A stretch of 64,000 nucleotides of DNA from Convolutriloba macropyga (Eukaryota): positions 7,688,001 to 7,752,000 of the forward strand of contig NC_134480.1 of assembly GCF_964194025.1 (NCBI RefSeq). The letters are read 5' to 3'. A program made the position numbers and the translations under genes. The notes under the pieces were generated by a model. That model did no database searches, was not told the DNA's origin, and worked only from the letters and a program-made list of their open reading frames with translations. Of the stretch, positions 38,842 through 51,192 are shown one piece after another; within the stretch, counting starts at the first letter, position 1; each line of letters begins with the position of its first letter.

Positions 38842-39130
38842 GAAGGTCCCTAATGCCCGATAGAGTCAGTTAGTAGTTTAGAGATAGGAAACTTTACTTT
38901 GCATAAATTAGTAGCTCTCTCTATACCATCTTAAAGGCTGAAAAAGAACACTTCGGGCGTCTTCTCTAACTGTTGCCACCAGCGATTTCAGAAATTCTAA
39001 CCATAAAAACTCGCCAGTAGTCAACTCGAAACAAATTGACTACTCCGTTTTATATATAAACCGTCAGACGAACGAGCTAAAATTAATAAATGCCAGGATG
39101 CTTTTCTCAAAATAACATTTCTTCAAAATA

Positions 39131-39336
39131 CCCGGGTTGACGTCATAATTGAAAAAGTTATAAAATTACAACTTCCTATTATGTCTATGAAAAGTTGTAA
39201 TCCTAAAACTTCCATATTATGAAAGTTGTAAATTAACAAATTTTCAGAGAAATGAACACGGCTAAAACAAAGCACAAATGACATTAAGGATCCATAAGAG
39301 GAAAGTTCTAGGATAGCAACTTTTGGTTAACCCGGG
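39131..39336. mobile_element. MITE with CCCGGGTT TIRs and TA TSD (duplicate at 40943-41151)
   Basis: TA|CCCGGGTTGAC ... GTTAACCCGGG|TA. Internal AAAGTTGTAA/TTACAACTT repeats. Confidence 0.75.
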
Positions 39337-42300
39337 TAACCAGTACTAAACCAGACTACTTACTATCATATACGCCTACTAATTTGCGACTACAATTCTC
39401 TTACACCTCCTATGCCTCTCATTTTCCCCAAAATTTGTAGCTCCGGTCACAGTCAGTGCTCTCCAACATCAGGAACTACATTCTCTGCAAAAAAAGTCAA
39501 CAAGCAACGAAAAATTTTCAGCCATTTTCACTGGCTGAAAATATATCAGCAGACGAATTTCAGTTTTAGTAAGCTGAGCCGCACAATTAAAATATCACAA
39601 CTTCAAGTGGGAGAAAATTTATATTTCCTCGGTCGCTGAAAATGTCTGGTCCATTTCTAGGATCGCCTATTAGTCCTAATCGATAGAAACTTTAGGCAAA
39701 GTCCATAAGAAGGGAAAGATTATCTTTCTTCGGTATCCTCAATCTTGCAAACTTGATTTTGTTTTGTCTGAAAAATTACACTGTTCTTTTTCAGATAATT
39801 TAAACTAAAATTTAAAATCCAAAGAAGGCGAAAATCATTCGATTATCCAAACGATCAACCTAAGCGATGTTTAATTAAATTCACAAAAAATTAGCACTAG
39901 TTGCTAACACATAAATCGAATGTTTCCTTCGTATTTTACAGATATTTTTAAAACCATCACAAACAGAAACTCACTCTCATAAACTGACCTAATCAAAATT
40001 ATATTCTGGCAGGTTTTTGGAAAAATTTATTAATATTTATAAAGCTATAAAAACATTGGAAAAATTTTTCAACCACGAACAATGACTCGCAGAGGCCTTT
40101 CAAATATCCATATATCTCCCCGAAATCGGTTTCCCCGTGAGTATAGGTGTATCATAGAAGTTTTTTTCCAACTCTTTAAAATTTTTCAAAATTTTTAGGA
40201 AGTGCAATTGTAACCCAGGTGCAGGCCTCAATTTATAAAAATGAAATAAAAGACGCTAAAAGTGAAACCGTAACAAATAGAACTCCTGGCATCAGAATTA
40301 TTGATCAGAAAATTATTGTATCAGAGATCCAAGTCCGTAAAACGGACTCGGATCTATCTGTTCTCTTTTTAAACAACTAGTGCTTTGTTATTTGTAGGTA
40401 GTCTATCCAAATCATACACCAAGGGTTTACTTGTGACTCTGGCAACTTATATTCTCTGCGCCGTTTTAATTGAAGTTTTCATTCGAGGTCCGGGATCTGT
40501 TCTGTTTTGCCCCCCCCCCAGCTTAGTGGGCTTATATTTTTTACGCCCCCCCCCAGGAGCACGTGCTATTTTTTTACATAGTAACGTGCCATATTTTAAC
40601 ATATAATTTGTAATTGGGGGGCGTAAAAAACACTGGGGGGGACAGAATAGATCCGAGGCCCCTAATGCCCGATAGAGTCAGTTAGTAGTTTAGAGATAGG
40701 AAACTTTACTTTGCATAAATTAGTAGCTCTCTCTATACCATCTTTAAGGCTGAAAAAGAACACTTCGGGCGTCTTCTCTAACTGTTGCCACCAGCGATTT
40801 CAGAAATTCTAACCATAAAAACTCACCAGTAGTCAACTCGAAACAAATGGACTACTCCGTTTTATATATAAACCGTCAGACGAACGAGCTAAAATTAATA
40901 AAAGCCAGGATGCTTTTCTCAAAATAACATTTCTTCACAATACCCGGGTTGACGTCATAATTGAAAAAGTTATAAAATTACAACTTCCTATTATGTCTAT
41001 GAAAAGTTGTAATCCTAAAACTTTCATATTATGAAAGTTGTAATTTAACAAATTTTCAGAGAAATCATGAACACGGCTAAAACAAAGCACAAATGACATT
41101 AAGGATCCATAAGAGGAAAGTTCTAGGGTAGCAACTTTTGGTTTACCCGGGTAACCAGTACTAAACCAGACTACTTACTATCATATACGCCTACTAATTT
41201 GCGACTACAATTCTCTTACACCTCCTATGCCTCTCATTTTCCCCAAAATTTGTAGCTCCGGTCACAGTCAGTGCTCTCCAACATCAGGAACTACATTCTC
41301 TGCAAAAAAAGTTAACAAGCAACGAAAAATTTTCAGCCATTTTCACTGGCTGAAAATATATCAGCAGACGAATTTCAGTTTTAGTAAGCTGAGCCGCACA
41401 ATTAAAATATCACAACTTCAAGTGGGAGAAAATTTATATTTCCTCGGTCGCTGAAAATGTCTGGTCCATTTCTAGGATCGCCTATTAGTCCTAATCGATA
41501 GAAACTTTAGGCAAAGTCCATAAGAAGGGAAAGATTATCTTTCTTCGGTATCCTCAATCTTGCAAACTTGATTTTGTTTTGTCTGAAAAATTACACTGTT
41601 CTTTTTCAGATAATTTAAACTAAAATTTAAAATCCAAAGAAGGCGAAAATCATTCGATTATCCAAACGATCAACCTAAGCGATGTTTAATTAAATTCACA
41701 AAAAATTAGCACTAGTTGCTAACACATAAATCGAATGTTTCCTTCGTATTTTACAGATATTTTTAAAACCATCACAAACAGAAACTCACTCTCATAAACT
41801 GACCTAATCAAAATTATATTCTGGCAGGTTTTTGGAAAAATTTATTAATATTTATAAAGCTATAAAAACATTGGAAAAATTTTTCAACCACATACAATGA
41901 CTCGCAGAGGCCTTTCAAATATCCATATCTCTACGAAATCGGTTTCCCCGTGAGTATAGGTGTATCATACAAGTTCCTTTCCAACTCATACAAAAGTCCA
42001 ATTTTTTTCAGTTGCTTGCCACAATGCGGAAAATCACGCCATCACGATTGATATTACAAAAATTTAAAAAATCCTTAAAAGCGTGTCCCCAAACTCCTTA
42101 AAAGACCAACTAATATAGCAATAAATTTAATCAATCGCAGTCTATTTATGTTCAATAATACCATACTGCAGCTAGAGATATCAAACACATTCACCTTTAT
42201 GATGGAAGAATGATTTTTGCACAAGTACTGTCAGTTCAAATTCACGTGGAGAGCAACAAACTATACTAACGAGTCACAGCCAGTACATATAAACGATTTG

Positions 42301-43109
42301 CCTGGAGGTAGTTTTTCAACTCTCATAAACCATCTTAACCAAAGGTAATTTCACTTTTACATCGAATTAGTTGTCACAGTTGTGTCCATTTTAAAACTCA
42401 ACCTGATAATTTTAATACAGACTCTCAAACACGGGGGCACCGACCAACAAATAAAGCAGGCAACAGCAAAAAAACTTTTTTAAACACATACTCACCTTAG
42501 CACAACAGATACTAAAACAATATAATTACATTATAACAAAGTTTTTATTAATTCCTCGTGAGATCAGAAATAAACTAGTGATTTATGCGTTCATTAGAGC
42601 GCTGGATTCTGATGTAGTCCAAATAGCGTAACAAACAGACGAAAAAAAAAACAAAACATAAATCTGCAAATGTTGAACCTCACCTTTCATTTGCATAATT
42701 ATCAGGAAAGATTTACAAAGAAGATATAACACACATTGATCGAAACAGATACAAAATGAACAGCTTAAGCAAACACGTATACAAAATTTCTTTTAAATAT
42801 CTTTTGAAAAAAGAAAATGACGCTCCCGCAGCTTTTGCCAAAATTGTGCAAGATTGTCCCCTTTAGAAAAACAGCTTTCAATCAAGCCATATCTTTGACA
42901 TATTGCACCAAGAGCAATAGACGCGAGAGCAATGTTTCCAGTTGGTGAATTACATAGAGTAGATTTATACAAAGAAATGATACAATTGATTCGAAAAACA
43001 AAATTGAAACTTTTAAGCAACTTGACAGGCCTGAATTACGTTATCCAAGAACAAAAAACACCAAATAACTCAATTGCAGTTATAAGAACTCTATTTGATC
43101 AAACGTACT

Positions 43110-46100
43110 GGCTAATGAGAACGCAAAGACAAATCCTGTAACCGAATATTTTAATTAGAATTGATGGTTGAAAACAGTGGCATTAAGTACAAGTTTCTGT
43201 CCCTGTTTTTTACCTCAAAGTAAATCGACCAGTGGATAGAGGTACGTGTAAAATCTCATGCTACAATCAATTAACATTACACTTTCAACACTCCTCCTAT
43301 CAGGTTAGGTGATTGTTTTGAGATGGACATCACAAAAAAGCAAAACTTCGGTCATCCCAAAAGCTTTTTTAAGAGTGTCTGCTTGCTTGCCATCGGTAGG
43401 TAAAGAGTTTTGCTCGAATATTCAACTTTTGACAAAATTCAAAGCAGCGTGCACTTCTAATGCAAAGTGCCTTGTCTTCCATGATTTCTAGATTACTAAC
43501 TTAGAGCAGAACTAGCTCGATTTTCTAAAAAGATGTTTACTGGCTGCTTAAATTGTAAATTTATTTATTGTAGGAGATTTGTTAAATGGACGATGGACGG
43601 CTTTCTTACTTGACTCTACTACAGCGTGACGTACTCAGCTTGCTCTCTTACCAGCTCAGCTTCGGCTGTTGAAATAGATACAAACGTTTGTAACACTAAC
43701 CCAACAGATCACACCTGAATCACCTGAACAATTGTTCAGGTTAAAACAATAACCACTTATACTTTTTCTAACGTATAAGTTGCCTGCCCAATCTGTATAA
43801 AAATTTTGCTCAACTCCAGGTGCTCGCTTTTTTTCCAATAATTATCTTCTCAAGCTTTGTGTCTTTTAGATAAAGCAAAGATCTCTTTTCAGCATTCAAT
43901 GGTCGCATTCCAGGGTTTTGAATAAAAAACTCACAAAATTAGTTACGTCCGCATTGCCAGATAATTCAAGCATCCTACTAAACCTCTATAATCATTGACT
44001 GCCATTGCTATGCTCTTTGCTACCTACTTCTGCTGAATCTTTTTCTGAGTTTCAGGCTAACATCTGATGGTGTTTCTCGTCTCTTTGATTCGTTCATGTT
44101 AAACTCCTCTAGGAATTTTTCCACATAAACTTCTTGACTTAAGCTTTTTTTTAGTTTTTCTTTGCTAAGCTTTTATTTTTAAGAACTAACAAAAAAACTG
44201 CGTAGCTGTTGATTTAGAAATGCTCGATTACTTTTTTTAAATTGTTTCGCTAAAGTCTTTGCACGAACTTGATACCACCATATAATCCCCCTAAAGACAA
44301 ACCAATCTTATTAAACGAATTTGAACCATTCTTTATGAAAAAGCAATCATCTCAAAAAGCTGGCCTGAAATCTAATTGGCCCGCGGAGATTTTTGAAAGG
44401 TGGGTATCAACTTCTACCCGACTGTTTTAATCCATTTAGATTTTCCCTCAGCTTAAAAACTAACATGTTTCGTTGCTCCTAAACTTTTCAATGATTTCGG
44501 GTTGTTAGATAGAAATTTCTTCTTCAATGGCAGCATTAAGATAGGCTGCTCCAATGTCCATTTTTGTCAACTTGGCACCTCAAACTCCAGAATAACTTTA
44601 TCAGTACTCTATTGTTGAGAGGCATGTTGTTGGTGAGTATGTTTCATTTTTATCCCGATCTAGACTTGGCTAAAGCTTTTTGCTAGGAAACTTGCCTTAT
44701 GCCCTCTAATCTCTAGGCTAGGACCGACTTCTAGAAAAAAACGCAATTGGTTTCCAAGGGGTCCAACTCTTTTGTTCTGTACCAGTTCTCAAATTTCATT
44801 TTCAACTCATTAGTTCGCCAATTCAATTGCTTCATACAAATTTTTGTCCCTAATGACTGCATAAACGCACTTACGTAGTAATTCTTTATCTATTATTACC
44901 CCAAGTAATGCTACCTACAAAAAATGACCATCGAACTGATCTTTATTGACAAGCCCATCCTTCAGTTTTTTACTCTAGGGTTCCATTACAAAATTTTTTA
45001 ACTTTAAAGGTCCCTTTGTCAATTGGAAAACCTGTGAGAACAGTCTGAAGATATCTGAAGACCCCATTTGATCTTTTTTGAGAAGTTCTGTCAAGTTTGC
45101 TTGAAAATTTTTTTCAAAATGATCAAAAATTGAGCAGCCAAGTACACTAATAGACCCTTAGTTAGCTTTCTTATCGTACGTACACTGCCCCAAAAAGTGT
45201 CTTCTGATTTCATGAACGGAAACAATGTTTTTGATCTTGCTCGCCATGTTGATTGCATTTGGACAACACGCTCTTAGTCCTGAATGCTCTAGAAGGCATC
45301 TAGCCATCAGTGTTACTGATTCCCAATTTCTCTCACCATTGCTACTTTGTTTTGTCGTATACAGTGCTCAGAATTCTAACCTAATACCTTTTGCGTCTAC
45401 CTATTTGTTTTATGTCATTTGAGACATACTCTACTGATTCAGCAGAAACTAAGGTTCCTGGTTGTCCTTTTTCCGCAAAGAATGATTAGACGTTTCCAAT
45501 CTCTTCATCGCTGGACCTCCAAAAATAAAGCTATTGATACCTGATAAAATTTTCCACGAACCCAATTGCATACCTGTGGCCATAGACCGTTTTGAGGTGG
45601 ATGCGCCCCAATATGTCAGGATCATTTATGTAAGTGAGGTCTCGCGGAGCTTTTGAAGCGTTTACAGGCAAGTTTGAAGCTCTAGTGCTATCAACATTTT
45701 GTGGTTTTGGAAAAAGACGGATTTTTTGTCAAAGTTTTGTACTAATTTCCACCATTAGGTATTTTTTTCTCTTCTAATTCCTCCAGCTCTTTTGTCTATA
45801 GCTTGCCAATGTTATTACTCTGAAGAATTATATCAAGGAGCTTGCACATAATATTGATAATTGGCCTCTCCACGAAGAGTACAAAAAAAGATTTATTGAC
45901 AAAATTTTGCAATTGCATACGGGCCTCAAATTGTTAGCAAAAAATGAATCATTTCCATGCCCACTGAATGCAGTTCTTTTTATTTGAGATCACTGTTATG
46001 GCTGCCTTGTTTACCAATTTTTTCCGTTTGGATAACTTAGTCTTTGACTCATAGCACCTCTTAACACTAAGTGCCCGCTACTAAAATAATGGCTTATTCG

Positions 46101-47250
46101 TTATTGTTTTCACTCTCCCAACTACTCTTTACTCTTTTTTTGCTAATCCAACATTGCCCTCAAAATCTTGATCGGATATAGATCAAAATTCTACAGCGTT
46201 ACAGACTCCGTTGCCTGTTGGTGGCTGTGCTGTAGGACGACGAAAAGGTGTGTCATTGTAATTGAGTACTAAAAATGATTTATAGAAGTAGGTTAGCGCA
46301 TGTCTTATAAGATACCAATGTTAAAAAAAAAACACCCAGCAAAAAAAGTATAGTCAATTAAACAAAACTAGAAATTGGTGTTCGGTTTGATTCCGGTAGC
46401 ATTTTTGACAAAATTGGAAGCAGGACACTGATATTGACCCAGCGTTCTTCTGCAGCAGTTATGCACGCAGAAAAGGCCAACAGCCTCCTTGGATAATGTA
46501 CTCGAACCTTTATTTTGGTTCTTTTAACATCAATTTATTTGATTTTCGAATAAACTTGCATCTCACGGAAGCACACAGCAGCCAATTGGAAGATAAAGAG
46601 TTGTTTAGGCTGACCCGTTCTCAGCTATACTAATCAGTCCCGGTTCCCCAACAACACTGGTAGACAGTTGAACATCCACACTCTTTAATGCTCCCCGCAA
46701 CTACTTTAATGCTCCACTGAAAAACTACACAATTTGAGCACTCCACGATTGAATTCCCCCAATCAGATAACAACCTCTTGACTCCTTAGATGGAGTCTAT
46801 CACCCAGCTACAGAGGCCTTTCTCTCCATAGTGGAAGTCTCCCAATCAGCTACACAATCTGTTCACTCTTGCTCTTTTTAACGAGCTGCGAACTCCTTTC
46901 TCTTGGCCATTTCTTGATTGTGTCTCCTTGTCCTATTTGCCTTTCTCACCATTGATTTCAGCATTCCTGTATTATAGCGCAGAGGCTCAACAACAATGTT
47001 TTTATTTACGAGGTGGGAGGGGTTGATTATTTATCTTAAAAGAAACCCGGACCCATAATCTAATTTTTACTGGAAACGCAGAGAAAAATCCTGCAGTCGA
47101 TTGTTTTAATTAAAATTGATAGCTAACAACAGTGGTAAAAAGCACAACTTTCAGCGCCTATTATAAGCCTATTTAGATGTCAATATACCGCAATTGTACA
47201 TTCCTAGTAAATATTTTTATTTTAAAATTTCTTGATTTCTAATGACATCC
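43110..47250 (-). mobile_element. Old Ty1/copia LTR retrotransposon with both LTRs and a heavily mutated gag-pol
   Basis: RNase H YTDWAGN..RKSISGYCF..STAEAE; RT-like TYSPT..MDIGAAYLNAAIEEEI..LKQSGR. PPT AGGAGGAG then TGTTG at 43290. Copia-type start GATTATGGGTCC at ~47060. ~47065-47160 aligns with ~43110-43205 (diverged LTRs). Confidence 0.85.
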
Positions 47251-47730
47251 TCATCTTTACTAGAATTTTACTATGTTAATATACAACTCTGAAAGATCCT
47301 GGACTATTAGTTCACGCACAACAAAATGAATGGTTGGCGAAAAAGATGGCATAGATAGTAGGTGTTAGCTTCTTGTTACATTTACCCAATTTGTATATAA
47401 CTAAGATATATCTAAGATGTAAATCAGCACGTGGATTGAGATACGTATAGAATTTCATACTACAAGCAATTAACATAATACTTTCAATAAAACACAAAAC
47501 ATTGTAAAAACTGGAAAGACTTGATCAGATTTTAGAACTATGAAATCACTCCCTAGAATTCGTCTCAGAAGAGTTCAAACTTTACTGATTAACTATTAGA
47601 CGAAGCAGCAATTGAACGAAAAACAGATGAAAATCTTTTCCATAAAATATCAATAACATAATATAGTAAAAGCTAATTTTCTAATGCTTTTACAAAGCAA
47701 TCTCGATACTAGGAAACACAATCAATTTTT

Positions 47731-48035
47731 TTAACTCATTCATTTTTGTCTATCATCGAAGTTAAAAGTTTAGATTACCTTTACCATTTAGAGGCAGTAT
47801 AATGATCAAAACCCATCATCAATTCATCAGCTTCTTCGATATATTATATCGACTTCGCACTTTAGTGATAGATAATGAATGTATTAACTCATTCATTTTT
47901 GTCTATCATCGAAGTTAAAAGTTTAGATTACCTTTACCATTTAGAGGCAGTATAATGATCAAAACCCATCATCAATTCATCAGCTTCTTCGATATATTAT
48001 ATCGACTTCGCACTTTAGTGATAGATAATGAATGT
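47731..48035 (+). repeat. Perfect 154-bp tandem duplication
   Basis: 47731-47884 is repeated at 47885-48035. Confidence 0.95.
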
Positions 48036-48574
48036 AATGAGTCATGATGTAAAACTAATTGAATGAAAACTGAAAATATCTTTCAATACTTCTGCTCTGG
48101 CACAAACAGGTATCAAATTCATCGAAATGTTTAATTCTGAAATGTTAAGAAAGCATCCAGCAATTCGGTTACCAATCCAGTTACAAAAAAACTGCCTTTT
48201 TGTTGGTTGATAACAATCAATATTATCAATCAAAAATCGAAAACATTCCCGGGCCGAGGAATTTGGCCAAAATTATGTAAGATCAGCGGCAAATTGCGTT
48301 GACAAGTCGGAAAATTCACCGCAATTTTCTTACATAATTTTGCGTTGAATGCGTTGAATTTAAAGACAAAAATTCAACGCATTCAGCGCAAAATTATGTA
48401 AGAAATGGCGGTGAATTTTCCAACTTGTCAACGCTAGTTGCCGCTGATCTTACATATTTAGCGTTGAATTTAGCGTAGATCTTACATATTTAGCGTTGAA
48501 TTTAGCGTAGATCTTACATATTTTTGCGTTGAATTTAGCGTTGATCTTACAAAAAATCAACGCGTAGAACTCTG

Positions 48575-48640
48575 GGTATGGGACTCGAACCACTGACCTC
48601 CTGTATACTTGTCCCCTCTTCTACCAATGCGCCACCGTAC
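48575..48640 (-). mobile_element. tRNA-derived Pol III head (SINE-like) or tRNA pseudogene embedded in the satellite
   Basis: A box TGGCGCATTGG and B box GGTTCGAGTCCC on minus. D and anticodon stems do not pair. Confidence 0.6.
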
Positions 48641-48889
48641 CTTGGTTTCCTTAAGAGCCGAAAACCTTATAAAGCGTAGATCTTACATGTTTTGCGTTGA
48701 ATTTAGCGTAGATCTTACATATTTTGCGTTGACTTTAGCGTAGACCTTACATATTTTGCATTGAATTTAGCGTAGAACTTGCATATATTTCGTTGAAGTT
48801 AGCCTAGATTTTACATATTTTTCGTTGAATTTAGCCGAGATCTTACATAATTTCAACGTATTCAACGCATTTATCATGTGAGAAGTACT

Positions 48890-49510
48890 GGGAAAAAATT
48901 AAAATATTTTTTATGTTTTGAAAAAAATTTGAATTCCTAAAATGGTCTGAAATGGTTTTTGCACCGTAAGAGAGCAAATGGTTATTTTTTGCTGACTTCA
49001 TTTTTCTCAATTGTGCAGTATAGGGGTCGAAACAGTAAAAAAATTAATTTTTCGTAAAAAAAACTTGAAAAGTTCGAAATTTTCAAATGGTCTGAATTGG
49101 ATTTTGCACTATAAAAGAGCACTAAAAAGGATTTTTTCTGACTTCTTGTTACTCACCTTTGGAGTATACGGGTTCGAAATAGTGAAAAAATTAACTTTTT
49201 GAAAAAAAACTTGAAAGATTTGAAATAAAAAAATTGGTGTCAATTCGATTTTGCACTATAAAAGAGCACTTCACATTTCTCACCTTTGCAGCGTAGGGGT
49301 CGAAACAGTGAAATTGATTTTTCCAAAAAAAAAATGTAAAATGGTCTCAAATGGATTTTGCACTATAAAAGAGCACTAAAAAGTGGTTTTTTCGCTGACT
49401 TCGCTTTTCTCACCTGTGAAGTATAGGGGTCGAAACAGTGAAAAAAATGACTTTTTGAAAAAAAACTTGAAAAACTTTTGAAATCATAAAGTGGTCTGAA
49501 ATGGAATTCA
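48890..49510 (+). repeat. Degenerate tandem repeat (~105-150-bp units) between the opposed satellite arrays
   Basis: AAATGGTCTGAAATGGATTTTGCACTATAAAAGAGCAC..GGGGTCGAAACAGTGAAAAAA recurs 4-5 times. Confidence 0.85.
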
Positions 49511-50959
49511 AAAAATTCAACCTTAAATTTGTAAGATCTAAGCCAAAATTCTACGCAAAATATGTAAGATTGGTGTTGAAAGCGTTGAATTTATGTAAGA
49601 TCTAAGCCAAATTCAACGCTAAATATGTAAGATCTACGCTACAATTCAACGCTAAATATGTAAGATCTACCCCAAATTTCACCGCAAAATATGTAAGATT
49701 GGCGATGAATCCGTTGAAATTAGGTAAGATCTACGCTAAATTCAACGCTAAATATGTAAGATCTACCTTAAAATTCAACGCTAAATATGTAAGGTCTACG
49801 CCAAAATTCAACGCAAAATTATGTAAGATTGGCGTTGAATGCGTTGAATTTATGTAAGATCTACGCTAAATTCAACGCTAAATATGTAAGATCTACGCTA
49901 AAATTCAACGCTGATTATGTAAGATCTACGCTAAATTTTAATGCAAAATATGTAAGATTGGCGTTGAATGCGTTGAATTTATGTAAGATCTACGCTAAAT
50001 TCAACGCTAAACATGTGAGATCTACGCTAAAATTCAACGCTAAATATGTAAGATCTACGCCAAATTTCAACGCAAAATATGTAAGATTGGCGTTGAAAGC
50101 GTTGAATTTATGTAAGATCTACGCTAATTTCAACGCTAAATATGTAAGATCTATGCTAAAATTCAACGTTAATTATGTAAGATCTACGCTAAATTTTAAT
50201 GCAAAATATGTAAGATTGGCGTTGAATTTATGTAAGATCTACGCTAAATTCAACGCTAAATACGTAAGATCTACGCTAAAATTCAACGCTAAATATGTAA
50301 GATCTACGCCAAAATTCAACGGAAAATTATGTAAGATTGGCGTTGAATGCGTTGAATTTATGTAAGATCTACGCTAAATTCAACGCTAAATATGTAAGAT
50401 CTACGCTAAAATTCAACGCTAAATATGTAAGATCTACGCCAAAATTCAACGGAAAATTATGTAAGATTGGCGTTGAATGCGTTGAATTTATGTAAGATCT
50501 ACGCTAAATTCAACGCTAAATATGTAAGATCTACGCTGAAATTCAACGCTAAATATGTAAGATCTACGCCAAAATTCAACTTAAAATTATGTAGGATTGG
50601 CGTTGAATGCGTTGAATTTATGTAAGATCAACGCTAAATTCAACGCTAAATATGTATGATCTACGCTAAAATTCAACGCTAATTATGTAAGATCTACGCT
50701 AAATTTTAATGCAAAAAATGTAAGATTGGCGTTGAGTGCGTTGAATTTATGTAAGATCTACGCTAAATTCAACGCTAAATACGTAAGATCTACGCTAAAA
50801 TCCAACGCTAAATATGTAAGATCTACGCCAAAAGTCAACGCAAAAATATGTAAGATTAGGGTTGAATGCGTTGAATTTATGTAAGATCAACGCTCAGGCG
50901 TAGATCTTACATAAATTGAACGCATTCAACGCCAATATATATGTATAGAATTTTCTCCA

Positions 50960-51152
50960 CAGTTATAATAAACACTGATTGATAAACCGATAGTTTTTCT
51001 AAACTTAATTTGGTTGTATTAAGTAAAGATGCATTAAAATAAAGTTTGTCTAATGATCTTGCCATTCTAAAGTTAAACTTAAGTTCATCTTTAGCCTTAT
51101 TTGAGGCATCACGTATTTTTTGTAGCTCATATAGGACCAAACTTTCAGTCAT
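50960..51152 (-). pseudogene. 5' fragment of a Polinton-like/adintovirus ORF (possibly minor capsid)
   Basis: MTESLVLYELQKIRDASNKAKDELKFNFRMARSLDKLYFNASLLNTTKLSLEKLSVYQSVFIIT. Divergent from the MCP remnant and truncated by the satellite. Confidence 0.45.
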
Positions 51153-51192
51153 TTTGATAACTTAGATAACACTTAATTTTTTGTATCACAAA

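Larger units (their letters stand above)
38390..41987 (+). repeat. ~1.8-kb near-identical tandem duplication
   Basis: 38390-40175 is repeated at 40182-41987. Identical ORFs at 39412 and 41227 (offset 1815). Confidence 0.95.
48248..50935. repeat. Satellite of ~31-33-bp monomers (AAATTCAACGCTAAATATGTAAGATCTACGCT) with a ~129-bp higher-order unit, in both orientations
   Basis: Mainly reverse arrays at 48270-48560 and 48673-48870, forward array at 49510-50895, short inversion at 50897-50935. The AAGATTGGCGTTG variant recurs about every 129 bp. Confidence 0.95.

Noticed and set aside
49829-50365. 178-aa repetitive ORF
   Set aside because: Translation of the satellite array; no evidence of a gene.
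48248-50935. CRISPR-like ~32-bp repeats
   Set aside because: Repeats are contiguous with no unique spacers, there are no cas genes, and the context is eukaryotic.
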